Source: Solirubrobacteraceae bacterium
Lineage (GTDB): Bacteria; Actinomycetota; Thermoleophilia; Solirubrobacterales; Solirubrobacteraceae
Direction of reading: 5' to 3'
Assembly (NCBI GenBank): GCA_035939185.1
Contig: DASZGB010000005.1
Location: 182,713-246,712, forward strand
Length of the DNA stretch: 64,000 nucleotides
A program made the position numbers and the translations under genes. This document shows positions 1-9,812 of the stretch, piece after piece. How positions within the stretch are numbered: position 1 is the stretch's first letter; every line of letters begins with the position of its first letter. Under the pieces are notes generated by a model that saw nothing but the letters and a program-made list of their open reading frames with translations, did no database searches and was not told the DNA's origin.

Positions 1-599
1 CCGGCGAGCGCGCGGGCGAAGCTCTGGAGCGGGTCGGGGTCGAGCGCGAGGTGCGCAAGTGGCTCGCTGCTTGATTGTGCGAGGCGAAGCTCGGCGCGCA
101 TCGCACACCCGTCCTCCCTCAGCGGGGGCTCAGGGTCGGCGAGCCGGGCCTGTACCCGGTCGTAGTTGCTGAGCGCCGAGCGGATCGCGGGCAGCGCGCG
201 CTCGGGCGCCACCAGCGAGTAGCGCATCGCTCCCTCGCTGCCGTCGAGTAGTACCCGCACGGCGCTCGCGCGGGGGTCAAGCCAGCCGCCGACGAGCCGC
301 CGAACACGGGAAAGCTGAGCGGCGCAGCGAAGGACGCCGTCGAGTGTCGGCGCGAACGAGTCGGGGGCAAGCACGACGAGCCGCACACGCCGGGAAAGCG
401 CACGACGAGTCACGACGACACGACACGTGAGCGCCGCTAGCAGTACCAGCGTCACCGGCACGACCGCATACGCGATGAGTACTCCACTGTGCTGCACAAT
501 CCATGCGGGCAGCTCACGGTCACGCAGCAGCGCGAGCGCCACCAGCACGCCAACGACAGCCACCAGCGGCCGAGCGTCCTGTGAGGGGCGGCGAGTCAC
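1..599 (-). CDS. N-terminal part of probable type IV coupling protein (VirD4/TraM-like), partial
   Basis: Read manually: open frame from GTG 599 to window edge (MTRRPSQDARPLVAVVGVLV...RAELRLAQSSSEPLAHLALDPDPLQSFARAL). Two N-terminal TM stretches; start overlaps previous stop. ATPase motifs lie outside window, so the call is contextual. Confidence 0.5.
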   Translation of the reverse strand, partial: MTRRPSQDARPLVAVVGVLVALALLRDRELPAWIVQHSGVLIAYAVVPVTLVLLAALTCRVVVTRRALSRRVRLVVLAPDSFAPTLDGVLRCAAQLSRVRRLVGGWLDPRASAVRVLLDGSEGAMRYSLVAPERALPAIRSALSNYDRVQARLADPEPPLREDGCAMRAELRLAQSSSEPLAHLALDPDPLQSFARALA

Positions 600-742
600 A
601 GGCAGTTACCCGTGCAGATAGAGATGTCGAAAAACCCAAGGCCTCGAAATCCCGCATCACCAAGCCGTAAACCCGCGCTTCGCATGGCGGGCAGGGTGAA
701 CCGCAGCCGGAACCACAGACGGAACTCAGAAGGAACAGTCAT
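596..742 (-). CDS. 48-aa hypothetical peptide in tra operon
   Basis: ATG 742 overlaps stop of 739-1926; its TGA overlaps GTG 599 (coupled on both sides). No recognisable domain. Confidence 0.3.
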   Translation of the reverse strand: MTVPSEFRLWFRLRFTLPAMRSAGLRLGDAGFRGLGFFDISICTGNCL

Positions 743-1926
743 CCCGCCCTGCCACCTGGCGTGCTCGGTGGTTGTGCGTACCCGTAGATCGGTGCGGTCT
801 GACCGGCGCTGGTTGCGTGGGTGGGCTGGAAGGGGCCGACGAGCGCGACGTGGTTTGCGTAGTTGCCCTCGATCGTCGTGATCTGCCCGTTGGGGTAGAC
901 GCGCTGCACGATCCCGACGTGCGCGCTTTCGCTGGGCCCGGTCCCGTAGAACACGGCGTCGCCCGGCGCGGGTCTCGCTGTTGGCGGGAGCACCCGGCCG
1001 TGGTGTTCTCGCGTCCAGGTGTAGAGCGACCCGGAGTACCCGTAAAGCGCGGTCGAACCGGGGAGCGGCACCCCGGCGTGCTGCCACACCCACGCCGCGA
1101 ACAGCGAGCACCACTCCTCACACGGCCCGTAAATCGTGCAATTGGAGCCGGGTGGTTGCTCGCCCTGGCCGAGCTGGCTTTCAGCGACTCGGACGATCTG
1201 CGAACTGGAGGCCGCTTCGGGCATAAACGTGCTCGCACTGCACCCGCTGGTCGAGACGGGCTGAGATAGCGGCGGGCTCGTCGCTGTTGGGGAGCCGGTG
1301 CCGGTGAACCCGTACTGCACGGCGCGGGCCATCACCTCGTCTGCGTAGGCGACGGTGGAGTCTCCGCACGCACCGTAGTAGCGGCAGGCGGCCTCGCGGT
1401 ATTCGCTGTAGCTGCCGCCAGCCGGCGGGGCGCCCATGTCTTCCCGCAGGATGCGCGCAGCGGTGTAGATCGCGTCCGCCGGATCGTTGACATCGGGTGC
1501 TTGGCTGGGGTGCGCGGAGACGGCGTAGCGTTCCCATAAAGTCGGTCCTGATCCGGGGCTGCATGGGCTGCCTCGGACGTAGGCGATCTGCATAGGCCCG
1601 GCGCACCCAGCCGAGTTGACGCCCGAGCAGTTTCCGTTGTTGCACTCCTGCGCCCCAATCGACGCGACAAACGACCAGTCGATGTCGAACTTCGCCCCGG
1701 CCTGCTCGTAGAGCCGCAAGCGTTCGGGTGGGATGCTCTGGAGCGCATAGGAGGACGGGGCGGGCCCGGTGGACGCAGGCGCTGGTTCACTGCCGGGTTG
1801 GCAGCCGGTGAAGCTCGCGCCCAGCACGGCGACCGCGATACCAAAGATCGCGAGAAACGCGAGGGTCGTGCTTCCTGCCCCGGCCGCGAGCCACCACAGC
1901 ATCTTGCGGGACGGCTTGCGCATCAC
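739..1926 (-). CDS. Conjugative cell-wall hydrolase: lytic transglycosylase + CHAP/NlpC-P60 (VirB1/TcpG/CwlT-like)
   Basis: TM anchor; SLT-like DWSFVASIGAQE...AGCAGPMQI; C-terminal EWCSLFAAWVW, GDAVFY, HVGIV, TIEGN. Confidence 0.85.
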   Translation of the reverse strand: MMRKPSRKMLWWLAAGAGSTTLAFLAIFGIAVAVLGASFTGCQPGSEPAPASTGPAPSSYALQSIPPERLRLYEQAGAKFDIDWSFVASIGAQECNNGNCSGVNSAGCAGPMQIAYVRGSPCSPGSGPTLWERYAVSAHPSQAPDVNDPADAIYTAARILREDMGAPPAGGSYSEYREAACRYYGACGDSTVAYADEVMARAVQYGFTGTGSPTATSPPLSQPVSTSGCSASTFMPEAASSSQIVRVAESQLGQGEQPPGSNCTIYGPCEEWCSLFAAWVWQHAGVPLPGSTALYGYSGSLYTWTREHHGRVLPPTARPAPGDAVFYGTGPSESAHVGIVQRVYPNGQITTIEGNYANHVALVGPFQPTHATSAGQTAPIYGYAQPPSTPGGRAG

Positions 1927-2447
1927 TCGCCCTCCAGTCCACTGACGAGCAGCCGCCCGTGTTCAGAGACGAGCAGAAGGCCGACGGGGTAGTCGATGAG
2001 CCCACCGTCGTTCACGACCGCGCTCACCGCGAACTCGCCGGCCGGCGCAGCCGTGGGGTGCAGCGATCGGACCCGCGGATGACGTGCGCGCGATGCCGGC
2101 GGCACGCGCGGCGGATCAGCCTCAAGGGAGACGATCAGCGATCGGGTTGCGCCCGTGATCCGGTTCGCGGGAGCCTGGCCGTAGGCATAGGGCAGATAGC
2201 CTGCGAGGAACCGTCGGGCGTCCCGCTCCGCTTCGCGTGTGTGACCTTCGAGGGCTGCCGCCAGCGTTGTGGGTGCGCCGCGCGAGGCGCCCTGAGCCGT
2301 CCCACCTGCCTTGCTGGTCGGCTGGGTGAGCGTGAGCAGCACCGCGACCGCTCCGAGCAGCACCACGACAACTGCCATCGCTGTGCGCCGCTCGCGCTCG
2401 GCGATCGGCCGGTCGCGCTGCCGTTGAACCCATGAGATGGCGCTCAC
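1923..2447 (-). CDS. Single-TM conjugation-associated protein (possibly VirB8/TcpC-like fold)
   Basis: One TM segment then ARRFLAGYL...; overlapping start/stop with neighbours in the tra operon. Confidence 0.6.
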   Translation of the reverse strand: MSAISWVQRQRDRPIAERERRTAMAVVVVLLGAVAVLLTLTQPTSKAGGTAQGASRGAPTTLAAALEGHTREAERDARRFLAGYLPYAYGQAPANRITGATRSLIVSLEADPPRVPPASRARHPRVRSLHPTAAPAGEFAVSAVVNDGGLIDYPVGLLLVSEHGRLLVSGLEGE

Positions 2448-3190
2448 TGTGCGCGCTCCAGCAGCTTCGTGAGGCGTCTGCGGGTGGCCTCGGCGTTCCC
2501 CGGGTCGGGGTCGACCCCGAGGTAATGGCGACCCCGGCGGACCGCGACGATCCCGGTATCAGCGTCCGCGCAGAAAGGGTCGATCACTAGGCACCGTCCA
2601 CGGCCGCCTTTGTGGGCGCACGTCGAGCGCCACCGTTCACGACAACGGACGGACTGACGGGAAGGCGCCCCGCACACCTCGCACGCAAACGGGACGGTGC
2701 TCGCGAGGATGCACCACTCGATCACCTCTATGGGTGGCATCCCACCCGCCCCGGGCGAGGGCACACACCACGCACGGCGCCGCACCGGACAGCACCAGCA
2801 GTTGTGCCCTGGCCGCTGTGCCACCGGATACCTGGAGCAGACGGGGCTCTGTGGTGAAACAACTCCAGCTAGAGGGCGCTGCGGTCTAAAGAGAAAGGCC
2901 GGCTGCTTCGCAAGCAGCAACATACGTCTCGGTGTCGCGCCAGCCGGGAGTGGTTGCAACCAGCGGGTGTCTTTGAGCGCCAGTTTCAACTCGTGCGCGT
3001 TACCGCCCATGGTGAGAGCAAGCCAAAGCGTCCCGTCTGCGCGGAGTACTCGGTGAACCTCGTCGAGCACGGCAAGCAGATAGGGGATCGGGGCGTCCCG
3101 CCTGGGGCTGGTGACACAGGTCTGTGCCCACTCGTCGGGTAGTTCTCGAAGTAGCGCGAGCGGGTCGGCTTGTTCGATACGGAAGCTCAT
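2444..3190 (-). CDS. N4/N6 DNA methyltransferase-like protein with degenerate motifs
   Basis: TCVTSPRR where SPPY is expected, DEVHRVLRADGTLWL, CEVCG, and VIDPFCADADT where DPFxGSGTT is expected; GRHYLGVD. Confidence 0.7.
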   Translation of the reverse strand: MSFRIEQADPLALLRELPDEWAQTCVTSPRRDAPIPYLLAVLDEVHRVLRADGTLWLALTMGGNAHELKLALKDTRWLQPLPAGATPRRMLLLAKQPAFLFRPQRPLAGVVSPQSPVCSRYPVAQRPGHNCWCCPVRRRAWCVPSPGAGGMPPIEVIEWCILASTVPFACEVCGAPSRQSVRCRERWRSTCAHKGGRGRCLVIDPFCADADTGIVAVRRGRHYLGVDPDPGNAEATRRRLTKLLERAQ

Positions 3191-4980
3191 GCGGGCTCCT
3201 CATCGGGGTCGAACTCATCGCCGTCTGAGACGGGCAACGGCCCGCCTTCGCTGCCGGCGATCGGCTCGTCGTAGTCGTCGCCCGGTTCGGGTACGTCCAC
3301 GCCCCGTGGTCGGGGTGAACTGGTGCTGGCCACGGTTGCCTCCTCATTGCTGTTGGGATTTGGTGACGGTGGGCTGTCCTCGCGCGGTGGCGGCAGTGGC
3401 GGTTTGCGCTGCCGTGCCATTTGCATGAGGCGGGTGGCGTAGTAGAGGGTCTGTAGGCGGCTGGCACCGCCTTGCGCGGCCTTTGGTCCGGCGGTCGCGG
3501 CCAGCAGGTCTGTGGTCAGCCGATCGCGCTGGATGAAGACCATCCACAGGAACGTGGCCTGGAGCGCGAACGCGAGTAGCCATCCGAGGTTTGAGGTGGC
3601 GTCCGCGAGGGCTTGGCTGACGGCGAGCGTGACCGCGAGGATCAGGCTGTAGATCACCTTCCGCGCGAGATAGCCCGTGAGCTTTGAGAGCCACGCGCGG
3701 AAGAAGTCGTGTCCGCGTCCGGGGAATATCCCGATCAGCAGCGCGACGGGCGCGAACGCGAGTAACAGCAGTAATAGGAGTTGGGCGAGGATCACTCCGA
3801 GTGCGAGCGCGCCCAGCAGGAGGAACGCGCCTATCTCCCCGAGCAGGATCACGACAGCGAGCAGCAGCCGCTGGTATTGGCCGCCCTTGCCCATCGCTTC
3901 GGCGGCGGGCTCGTCGGTCTTCCCGAGCGTGTAAGTGCCGTCCGTCTTGCCAGGGTCTGAGCTGGGGAGATGCCCTGTGTCACCCTTTTCCAGGGCTTCG
4001 TGCTCGCTGTTACGGTCTTTGCTCTGGAACGGGTACGCGAGGAAGTGGGAGGCGTACTTGCTGCGGTTGTTGATGCACGTCTTGCCCTGCGGGTGGACTT
4101 CTGTGCCCGCTTCGAGCTGGGAGGCGAGCTGCGCGTCCTGCCTGGCGTTCCCGCTCAGCGGGCGCACGGCAACCGACTTCGTTCCGCCGGATGTGGTGCA
4201 GTGCTCGATCCCGCCGAACTCAAGGACGGTCCACGGGTCCAACACCAAAAACGAAAAGAGCTGGTTGCTCGCAGCGGTCTTCGCCTGCTGTTCGCTTGCG
4301 ATGCTGCCCTGGCTCGTAAGCGACAGCAGAGATGTGGAGAGCTGGTTTGAGAGTTTGCTCGCTGGAGCGATAGTCCGCTGCGGCTGGGTGACTATCCCGA
4401 TCGCCAGCACGCAATAGAGCAGCGAGACGGCGAGCGCGCCGCTCGTCTCTGTGTAACGGCGCTGCACGAGTGCCTTCCACATCGCCCAGCACCCGGCGAG
4501 CACGATCACGGCGATGAGCCACGGTGCACCAAACGTGCTCGTATAGAGGTTGTGGATCGCCGAGGCGACCGGGGTCAGCGCGCCCGAACCGGGGGTGCCG
4601 TTTCCGTTAACCAGGTCGAGGTTGAACGCTAACGCGAAGAGAGTGATAACGGCGTTCGCCAGGAACGCGGTGATGAGCCAGATGACCTGCGCGATAAAGA
4701 ACGCGATCAGCGGCGGGACACCGGACACGTCCACGCCGCTGAAAACGCCGGCGCTGATCCCGGGGAAGTACTGGTCGAGCTGATAGTTAGCCAATGGGTA
4801 GCGATTGACCAATCCCCCGGACGGGAGCTGGGGCGCGGGCCCGATGTTGCTGTAGATGTCGTTCGCTCCGGCGGATGGGCCGGCGAGCAACACGAGCGCC
4901 ACGGTCAGGCCGAGCAGGAGAGCGACGCGCCGCCGCGTTGTGGTGAGACGGCGTAGGGGGGTGAGAACGGTGGGCTTCAT
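3187..4980 (-). CDS. Polytopic T4SS membrane protein (VirB6/TrbL/TcpH-like)
   Basis: Signal peptide, 7-8 hydrophobic segments, Pro/acidic tail; directly after VirB4. Confidence 0.75.
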   Translation of the reverse strand: MKPTVLTPLRRLTTTRRRVALLLGLTVALVLLAGPSAGANDIYSNIGPAPQLPSGGLVNRYPLANYQLDQYFPGISAGVFSGVDVSGVPPLIAFFIAQVIWLITAFLANAVITLFALAFNLDLVNGNGTPGSGALTPVASAIHNLYTSTFGAPWLIAVIVLAGCWAMWKALVQRRYTETSGALAVSLLYCVLAIGIVTQPQRTIAPASKLSNQLSTSLLSLTSQGSIASEQQAKTAASNQLFSFLVLDPWTVLEFGGIEHCTTSGGTKSVAVRPLSGNARQDAQLASQLEAGTEVHPQGKTCINNRSKYASHFLAYPFQSKDRNSEHEALEKGDTGHLPSSDPGKTDGTYTLGKTDEPAAEAMGKGGQYQRLLLAVVILLGEIGAFLLLGALALGVILAQLLLLLLLAFAPVALLIGIFPGRGHDFFRAWLSKLTGYLARKVIYSLILAVTLAVSQALADATSNLGWLLAFALQATFLWMVFIQRDRLTTDLLAATAGPKAAQGGASRLQTLYYATRLMQMARQRKPPLPPPREDSPPSPNPNSNEEATVASTSSPRPRGVDVPEPGDDYDEPIAGSEGGPLPVSDGDEFDPDEEPA

Positions 4981-7407
4981 GCCGCGCTCCTTCCGGGTTG
5001 GTCGGGGGTCGTTTGCAGCGCTTGCAGCAGGTGCGGGTAGACGAGGTCGATCTGCACCTCGCCGACACGGCCGTGCAGGTCGCGCATTAGGCAGCGCCCC
5101 GCGCGGAACTCACGGACCCGGCCGACGAGCTCGCGGGTCGGGTCAAGGCCGATGAACCGCAGCGCGGCGCTCGCGGCGTCGTCGGAGTCCTGGCCGAAGA
5201 CGAACACGACGCCGATCAGGTCAGACAGGTCCCCGAGATCACCAATGCGGTGTGTGCCGAGCAACAGCGTCGCGTTGAACGCACGCCCCAAACGGACCAA
5301 GCGGTTGATGATCTGCCGCCCCTGTGGGGAGGCGAGCAGGAACCAAATCTCGTCCAGGCCGACGACCTTGTGCCGTGAGCGATCCCGTGAGATCAACTGG
5401 AGCGCATAAGCGGCGACCAGTGAAAGCGTGGCGACGGAAACGCGCTCCGCGCGTGTGTATGTATCGCGGGCCGCTGACGGTTCGGGCAGCGACAGGCCCG
5501 GCATACGGATCGTCGTGACCGGCCGGTCGGCCTGAATGTCTGTCGCCTGGCCGTCACCGAACCCGAGGCGTGCGAGGCCGAAGTCGCGGATCACCTCAAG
5601 CGCTTCACCCGCCTCCCGCGCGGTCGCACGGTCGGTCTGTTGCAGCAGCTCGACGACGCGCGAAAGGCTTCGCGAGCCCTCGCTTACCGTGTCCTTGACC
5701 GCGAGGCTGACAGCGTTCTCCCACGAAGCCGTGTTGCCGGGAAGCAGCTCAAGCAGGTAGGAGCAGGCAAGCTCCTCGCGCAAGTCCTCGAGCCCGATCG
5801 CTAGCGGGTCGAGCTTCCCCTGCTGCGCGGGGTCGCCGGAAAGCTCAAGCACCTGCACCCGCCCGTCAAGTTCGGGGAGCTTGTGCAGCCCGTGGTCGGG
5901 CTTCGGATCGAAGTCCACCACCAGCGACCCGCGTCGCTCGGCTGCGTACTCGATCGTCTGCGCCGCAACCGTCTTCCCGCTGCCAAGCGTCCCGATGAGC
6001 AGGACGGCTGAGGCGCGATCTTCCCTCGGTGCTTGTGTCGGATCGAACCGCACCGGCAAGGGCGCGCCGGTCGGGGTGTACCCGAGATATGGGCCGCGCT
6101 GGGAGCCGACCATCCGGCTTCCGGTCGCGATGAGCGCCCCGAACTGCTCGACGGTGAGCTGCTGGGTGTAGTCGCGCACGTCAGACCCACCCGTCCGGTC
6201 GTGGCAAGTGGTCGAGCCAGAGCTGGTGCTGCAATCCGGCGGGGCGGTGCAGCGTGATGTCGCCGTACTGCTCTTTCAGAACGGAGACGCGACGCTCCAG
6301 CTCCTCCTCTGTGGGCGCGCCGACGGCGAGCCCGATCTGCGTGTAGAGCATCGGCGGGTGCCCGCCGGCCTCTAGTTGCGCCTCGTACTCGCGGGCGAGA
6401 ACACGGTCAGCGCCCGCCATCAGGCTCGGACCGTGCGCGGCACCCTCGACCTGCTCGTTGTAGGCGTGCTCCACGTCTGCGATCCGCTTGCGCACCTGCG
6501 CGAGCGCCTGCCGGTTTCCCAACCAGCGCGCGTGAAGGCAGGCATCAACAGGGAACCCGACGGCCTCCAGTGGGGCGAAAAGCGCCTCGGCGGTCGTACC
6601 TGGGAACTCGGGGGCGTCGGCGAGCGCGCCGAGCGCGAGCATCGCCTGAAATGACCGGCCCTGCTCACCGTCCACCACGAGTGTCTGCTTCTGCTCGGTG
6701 ATCGCGGCGTTCGCGCACCGTTCAAGATCGTGGCCGAGCGGCGTAAACGCGACCCCACCGCCGGGGGCGGAGATGATGAGCGCGTCGGGCTGCCAGTTAC
6801 GGTCAAGCTCCGGCTCCGCTACGCCCCGACAGGAGGTGCGGCGTAGCAGCCATTGAAGCTCGACGGTCCTCGCGCGCCGTGCTCCGATCACACCGTTCAC
6901 CCGCTCGTAGATCCGCTGCTCGCGGGTCGCGAGTTCCGCGAGCTCTGAGGCGGGTATAGGTGAGGCGGCACCGATCCCGGCCAGCTCCTCGACACGGCGC
7001 CGGACACGATCGACGTTGCGCACGAGCCCGGAGCCGACTCCCGTTGGTGTGTTGCCGGCGAGCGAGACTGCGAGGTAAACCTCGGGGATGTGCGACCCGA
7101 GCTGGTGTAGGCGCTGCTCGTGCCCGGCGAGGAACGCCTGCCACGCCCGGCGGTCCTGGTGGCGGTCATCCAGCAGGCGTTCGGTATGCCGCACGTACCG
7201 CTCGGCGGGGTAGGCGCGGTTCACCCGCCAGAGCGAGAAGTCAGCGGCGATTGTGTGCGCCAACCGTTGGAGGCGGCGCTGTAAGGACCACTTCTCCCCG
7301 GTAGGGAGATACGGGTAGATGCTCATCGCCAGCCGGTAAAGGCCGGCGGGCTCACCGCCACGCCCCAACAGCACGTTGCCGTGCGCGTAACGCAACGGGA
7401 AGGTCAT
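4977..7407 (-). pseudogene. virB4: VirB4/TcpF-like conjugation ATPase split by a +1 frameshift near 6190
   Basis: ORFs 6181-7407 and 4977-6179; Walker A GTLGSGKT and Walker B VVGLDEIW are in the second. Removing one G from GAC GGG TGG GTC TGA C GTG gives GAC GGT GGG TCT GAC GTG CGC GAC (DGGSDVRDY) and one ~809-aa protein. Confidence 0.8.
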
Positions 7408-8114
7408 GGCCGGATCTCCACGGCCTGTCCGTCCGCCAGCTCGATCACTTCAGCAAGCCGCTCGCCGCTGCGCAGCCGGTGACCGTCGGCGTGGCGGACG
7501 ATCAGCCGCCCACGGCCAGAGATCGCCACTACTGGGCGAGCGAACACGAGTCGCGCGGGGCCTCGCACCTTCCCGTGGTGAAGCACGGGTGCGTGCTCGT
7601 CCGGTGCGACCCATACGTGCGGTGCCCACACCTGCTGCTCGCCGTCCGGGGTGATTGCTCGGTCCAGGGAACGGCGTGCGGCGCGTGCCCGCAGCGAAAG
7701 CAGCGAGGTCAGATAGCGGTGTGCGGGCCGCCCGTCCGGGGAGGCCTGCCCGGCGAGCGTAGCGACCATGCCGGGAGCTATCAGCAGCCGCAGCGGCCAG
7801 TCGAGCCACCCCAACACCACGCCCGCCAATAGCGTCGCTACGAACCCCGCGACCGCACCAATGATGGCGCCGGGCCAGCCGTGCGAGCTTGCACCAAGCA
7901 GACCAACGATCGCGCCGAGCACCAGCGCGAACACGATCGAGCGCTGGCTCAGCACGAGGATCGCGACCAGCGCAGCGAACGCCCAGCCGAGCCACTCAAG
8001 CGGCACGCCGCCAGGAACCGGCAGGCGCCGACCGTCGATCTGGTAGATACGCCGCTCGGGCTTGAATATCCGCTGGTAAGAGCGGATCGTGTGTGGAGAG
8101 TCACTCATCGCCAC
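7404..8114 (-). CDS. TcpE/VirB3-like conjugal transfer membrane protein
   Basis: RSYQRIFKPERRIYQIDG..LPVPGGVPL followed by TM helices; immediately upstream of VirB4. Confidence 0.7.
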   Translation of the reverse strand: MAMSDSPHTIRSYQRIFKPERRIYQIDGRRLPVPGGVPLEWLGWAFAALVAILVLSQRSIVFALVLGAIVGLLGASSHGWPGAIIGAVAGFVATLLAGVVLGWLDWPLRLLIAPGMVATLAGQASPDGRPAHRYLTSLLSLRARAARRSLDRAITPDGEQQVWAPHVWVAPDEHAPVLHHGKVRGPARLVFARPVVAISGRGRLIVRHADGHRLRSGERLAEVIELADGQAVEIRP

Positions 8115-8127
8115 TCAGCCCCAGGGC

Positions 8128-8433
8128 TCACCCGAAGACCTGTTTGCCGATGCCTTCAGCGGCTTTAGCGATGTCAGACGGTGCGAACACCATCCACGCG
8201 ACCACTATCGCTGCGAATAAGAACACCGCCAGCTCGGTGTAACGGCGGTTTAGGAGAAACATCAAGCTGATGACGCCGACGATCCCGCCGTACACCTCCC
8301 CCGCGTAGTGCTTCAGGAGACCCCCGACGTTCGCGCCGACGTCGTTACCCGTCGCCAGCGCGGTCGCCGGGAACAACACGACCGCATAGACAGCGAGTAG
8401 ACAAACCTGCCAGATACGCCTTATACATGACAT
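8128..8433 (-). CDS. Small pilin/VirB2-like membrane protein (101 aa)
   Basis: ATG 8433; signal peptide ending ALA, two hydrophobic helices; position upstream of the TcpE-like gene. Confidence 0.6.
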   Translation of the reverse strand: MSCIRRIWQVCLLAVYAVVLFPATALATGNDVGANVGGLLKHYAGEVYGGIVGVISLMFLLNRRYTELAVFLFAAIVVAWMVFAPSDIAKAAEGIGKQVFG

Positions 8434-8438
8434 ACCAA

Positions 8439-8708
8439 TCACTTCCCTTGCGCGTTTGAGGTTTCGGTGCTGGCGGACCGCATCACAGTCACCGTCACAC
8501 CGCGAGTAGCGACGGGAACCCGCGAGGTGGTGTTGAAGTAGGACGCGATACCGCGTACAAGAAGCAGCAGCACGCACCCCCATAACAACACACGACCCGC
8601 GGTGCGAGCAAGCCGATTAACACCTTCTGACGGCTGGCCTCCACCTGTTGTCGTCCTGCGAATAACAGTCATAGGGCGACGGTAGACGGGGCTCGCCCAA
8701 AACACCAC
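8439..8708 (-). CDS. Short membrane protein resembling a TcpC N-terminus (possibly truncated)
   Basis: RLARTAGRVLLWGCVLLLLVRGIAS TM segment; first ORF after the tra promoter. Confidence 0.45.
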   Translation of the reverse strand: MVFWASPVYRRPMTVIRRTTTGGGQPSEGVNRLARTAGRVLLWGCVLLLLVRGIASYFNTTSRVPVATRGVTVTVMRSASTETSNAQGK

Positions 8709-8716
8709 AAGCGCAC

Positions 8717-8767
8717 ATTATGTGAAAGCAATTGCTTACATCAAATATGAAAGCAAACGCTTTCATA
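8717..8767 (-). promoter_or_regulatory. Sigma70-type promoter of tra operon overlapped by two palindromic operators
   Basis: Minus strand TTGATG-16nt-CATAAT (8744-8717). Palindromes TGTGAAAGCAATTGCTTACA (8721-8740) and TATGAAAGC-AAAC-GCTTTCATA (8746-8767) in an AT-rich patch. Confidence 0.7.
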
Positions 8768-8775
8768 AGCCACAC

Positions 8776-8816
8776 AAAAAAAGCCCGGCGCGCATCACAC
8801 TCGATGAGCGCCGGGC
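8776..8816 (-). terminator. Intrinsic terminator after ArsR gene
   Basis: GCCCGGCGC...GCGCCGGGC stem followed on the minus strand by 7 T. Confidence 0.8.
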
Positions 8817-8837
8817 CTAAACGTCTCGTCAGAGCTG

Positions 8838-9164
8838 TTACGCCGCGAGCTTCACAACGTCAGCCAGCTCCTCAATCTGACCGCTAATGGACTTCAGGAC
8901 TTTGTCCAGCAGCAGGCACGTCGAGTAGTCGGTCAACGAGTAGTAGACTGACGTTCCCTCCCGTCGGCGCGCGATAATACCCGCCCTGTGCAGGATGCCA
9001 AGATGACGGGAAACGTTCTGTGGTGTGCTCGCAACCTTGTCTGAGAACTCCTGCACAGTCCCTTCGTGCTGGCGAAGCAGCACAAGAAGACGCACACGGG
9101 TCGGGTCGGCCAGAAGCGCCATACGGCTGGCCACAAGATCGACCACCGATTCAGACCAGGCCAC
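8838..9164 (-). CDS. ArsR/SmtB family transcriptional regulator
   Basis: LADPTRVRLL..L...TVQEF......PQNVSRHLGILHRAGII..RREG..VYYSL. Confidence 0.9.
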   Translation of the reverse strand: MAWSESVVDLVASRMALLADPTRVRLLVLLRQHEGTVQEFSDKVASTPQNVSRHLGILHRAGIIARRREGTSVYYSLTDYSTCLLLDKVLKSISGQIEELADVVKLAA

Positions 9165-9207
9165 GAGTCACCTCGTGTCCCGATGCGCTATTACCGACAC
9201 TTCCGCC

Positions 9208-9756
9208 TCACCGCTCGAATCCGAACTCGCTCGCCGCACGTTCACCAGTTGCATGATCCGCGCGCGGCGCAGGTATCCGGTGTTCCGTGGACCGCGGCGA
9301 TGGAGCCTGCCATCCATCCGAGGACCAAGCATGAACGCATCGTTGACCACACGATCCACGATGCGCCATCGAAGCAGAGATATCGAGCCGTGGCAGTCGA
9401 TGACTTACACGAGCGCGGACAGGACCACGCGAACGTCCGTGCTCATGCACAACAACCCGATGCCGGCCGCTGGCACGATGTGCGCCCGCCGCCTTGGCCC
9501 GCGCTGGTGTAGGTACTCCCTGCCCGTCATTTTGCTGCACTTGCAGTGTCCCGAGCACCATCACCGCTGCCGCTAACCCGACAAGTGTGATCGCCATCAA
9601 CACGACGACACGACCGCGTCGCCGTTCCCTGCCAGAGTCTTTGACGTGTAGGACACGCATACCCTCGGCAGCGCCGTCGGGGTCAAGTCGGTCTTCGTTA
9701 TCTAAGAATGAGTCCATGTTCAGTAGTCGCTCTGGACTACGCGGACCCCCCCTCAA
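9208..9756 (-). CDS. Hypothetical single-TM protein
   Basis: TM segment VVVLMAITLVGLAAAVMVL, Arg-rich linker, ends EFGFER; start uncertain (ATG 9717 possible). Confidence 0.55.
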   Translation of the reverse strand: MRGGPRSPERLLNMDSFLDNEDRLDPDGAAEGMRVLHVKDSGRERRRGRVVVLMAITLVGLAAAVMVLGTLQVQQNDGQGVPTPARAKAAGAHRASGRHRVVVHEHGRSRGPVRARVSHRLPRLDISASMAHRGSCGQRCVHAWSSDGWQAPSPRSTEHRIPAPRADHATGERAASEFGFER

Positions 9757-9812
9757 ACATACGTCCGGCCACGCTGCGCTAATCGCGGCGACAGACCAGC
9801 TCGCATCCTGAG

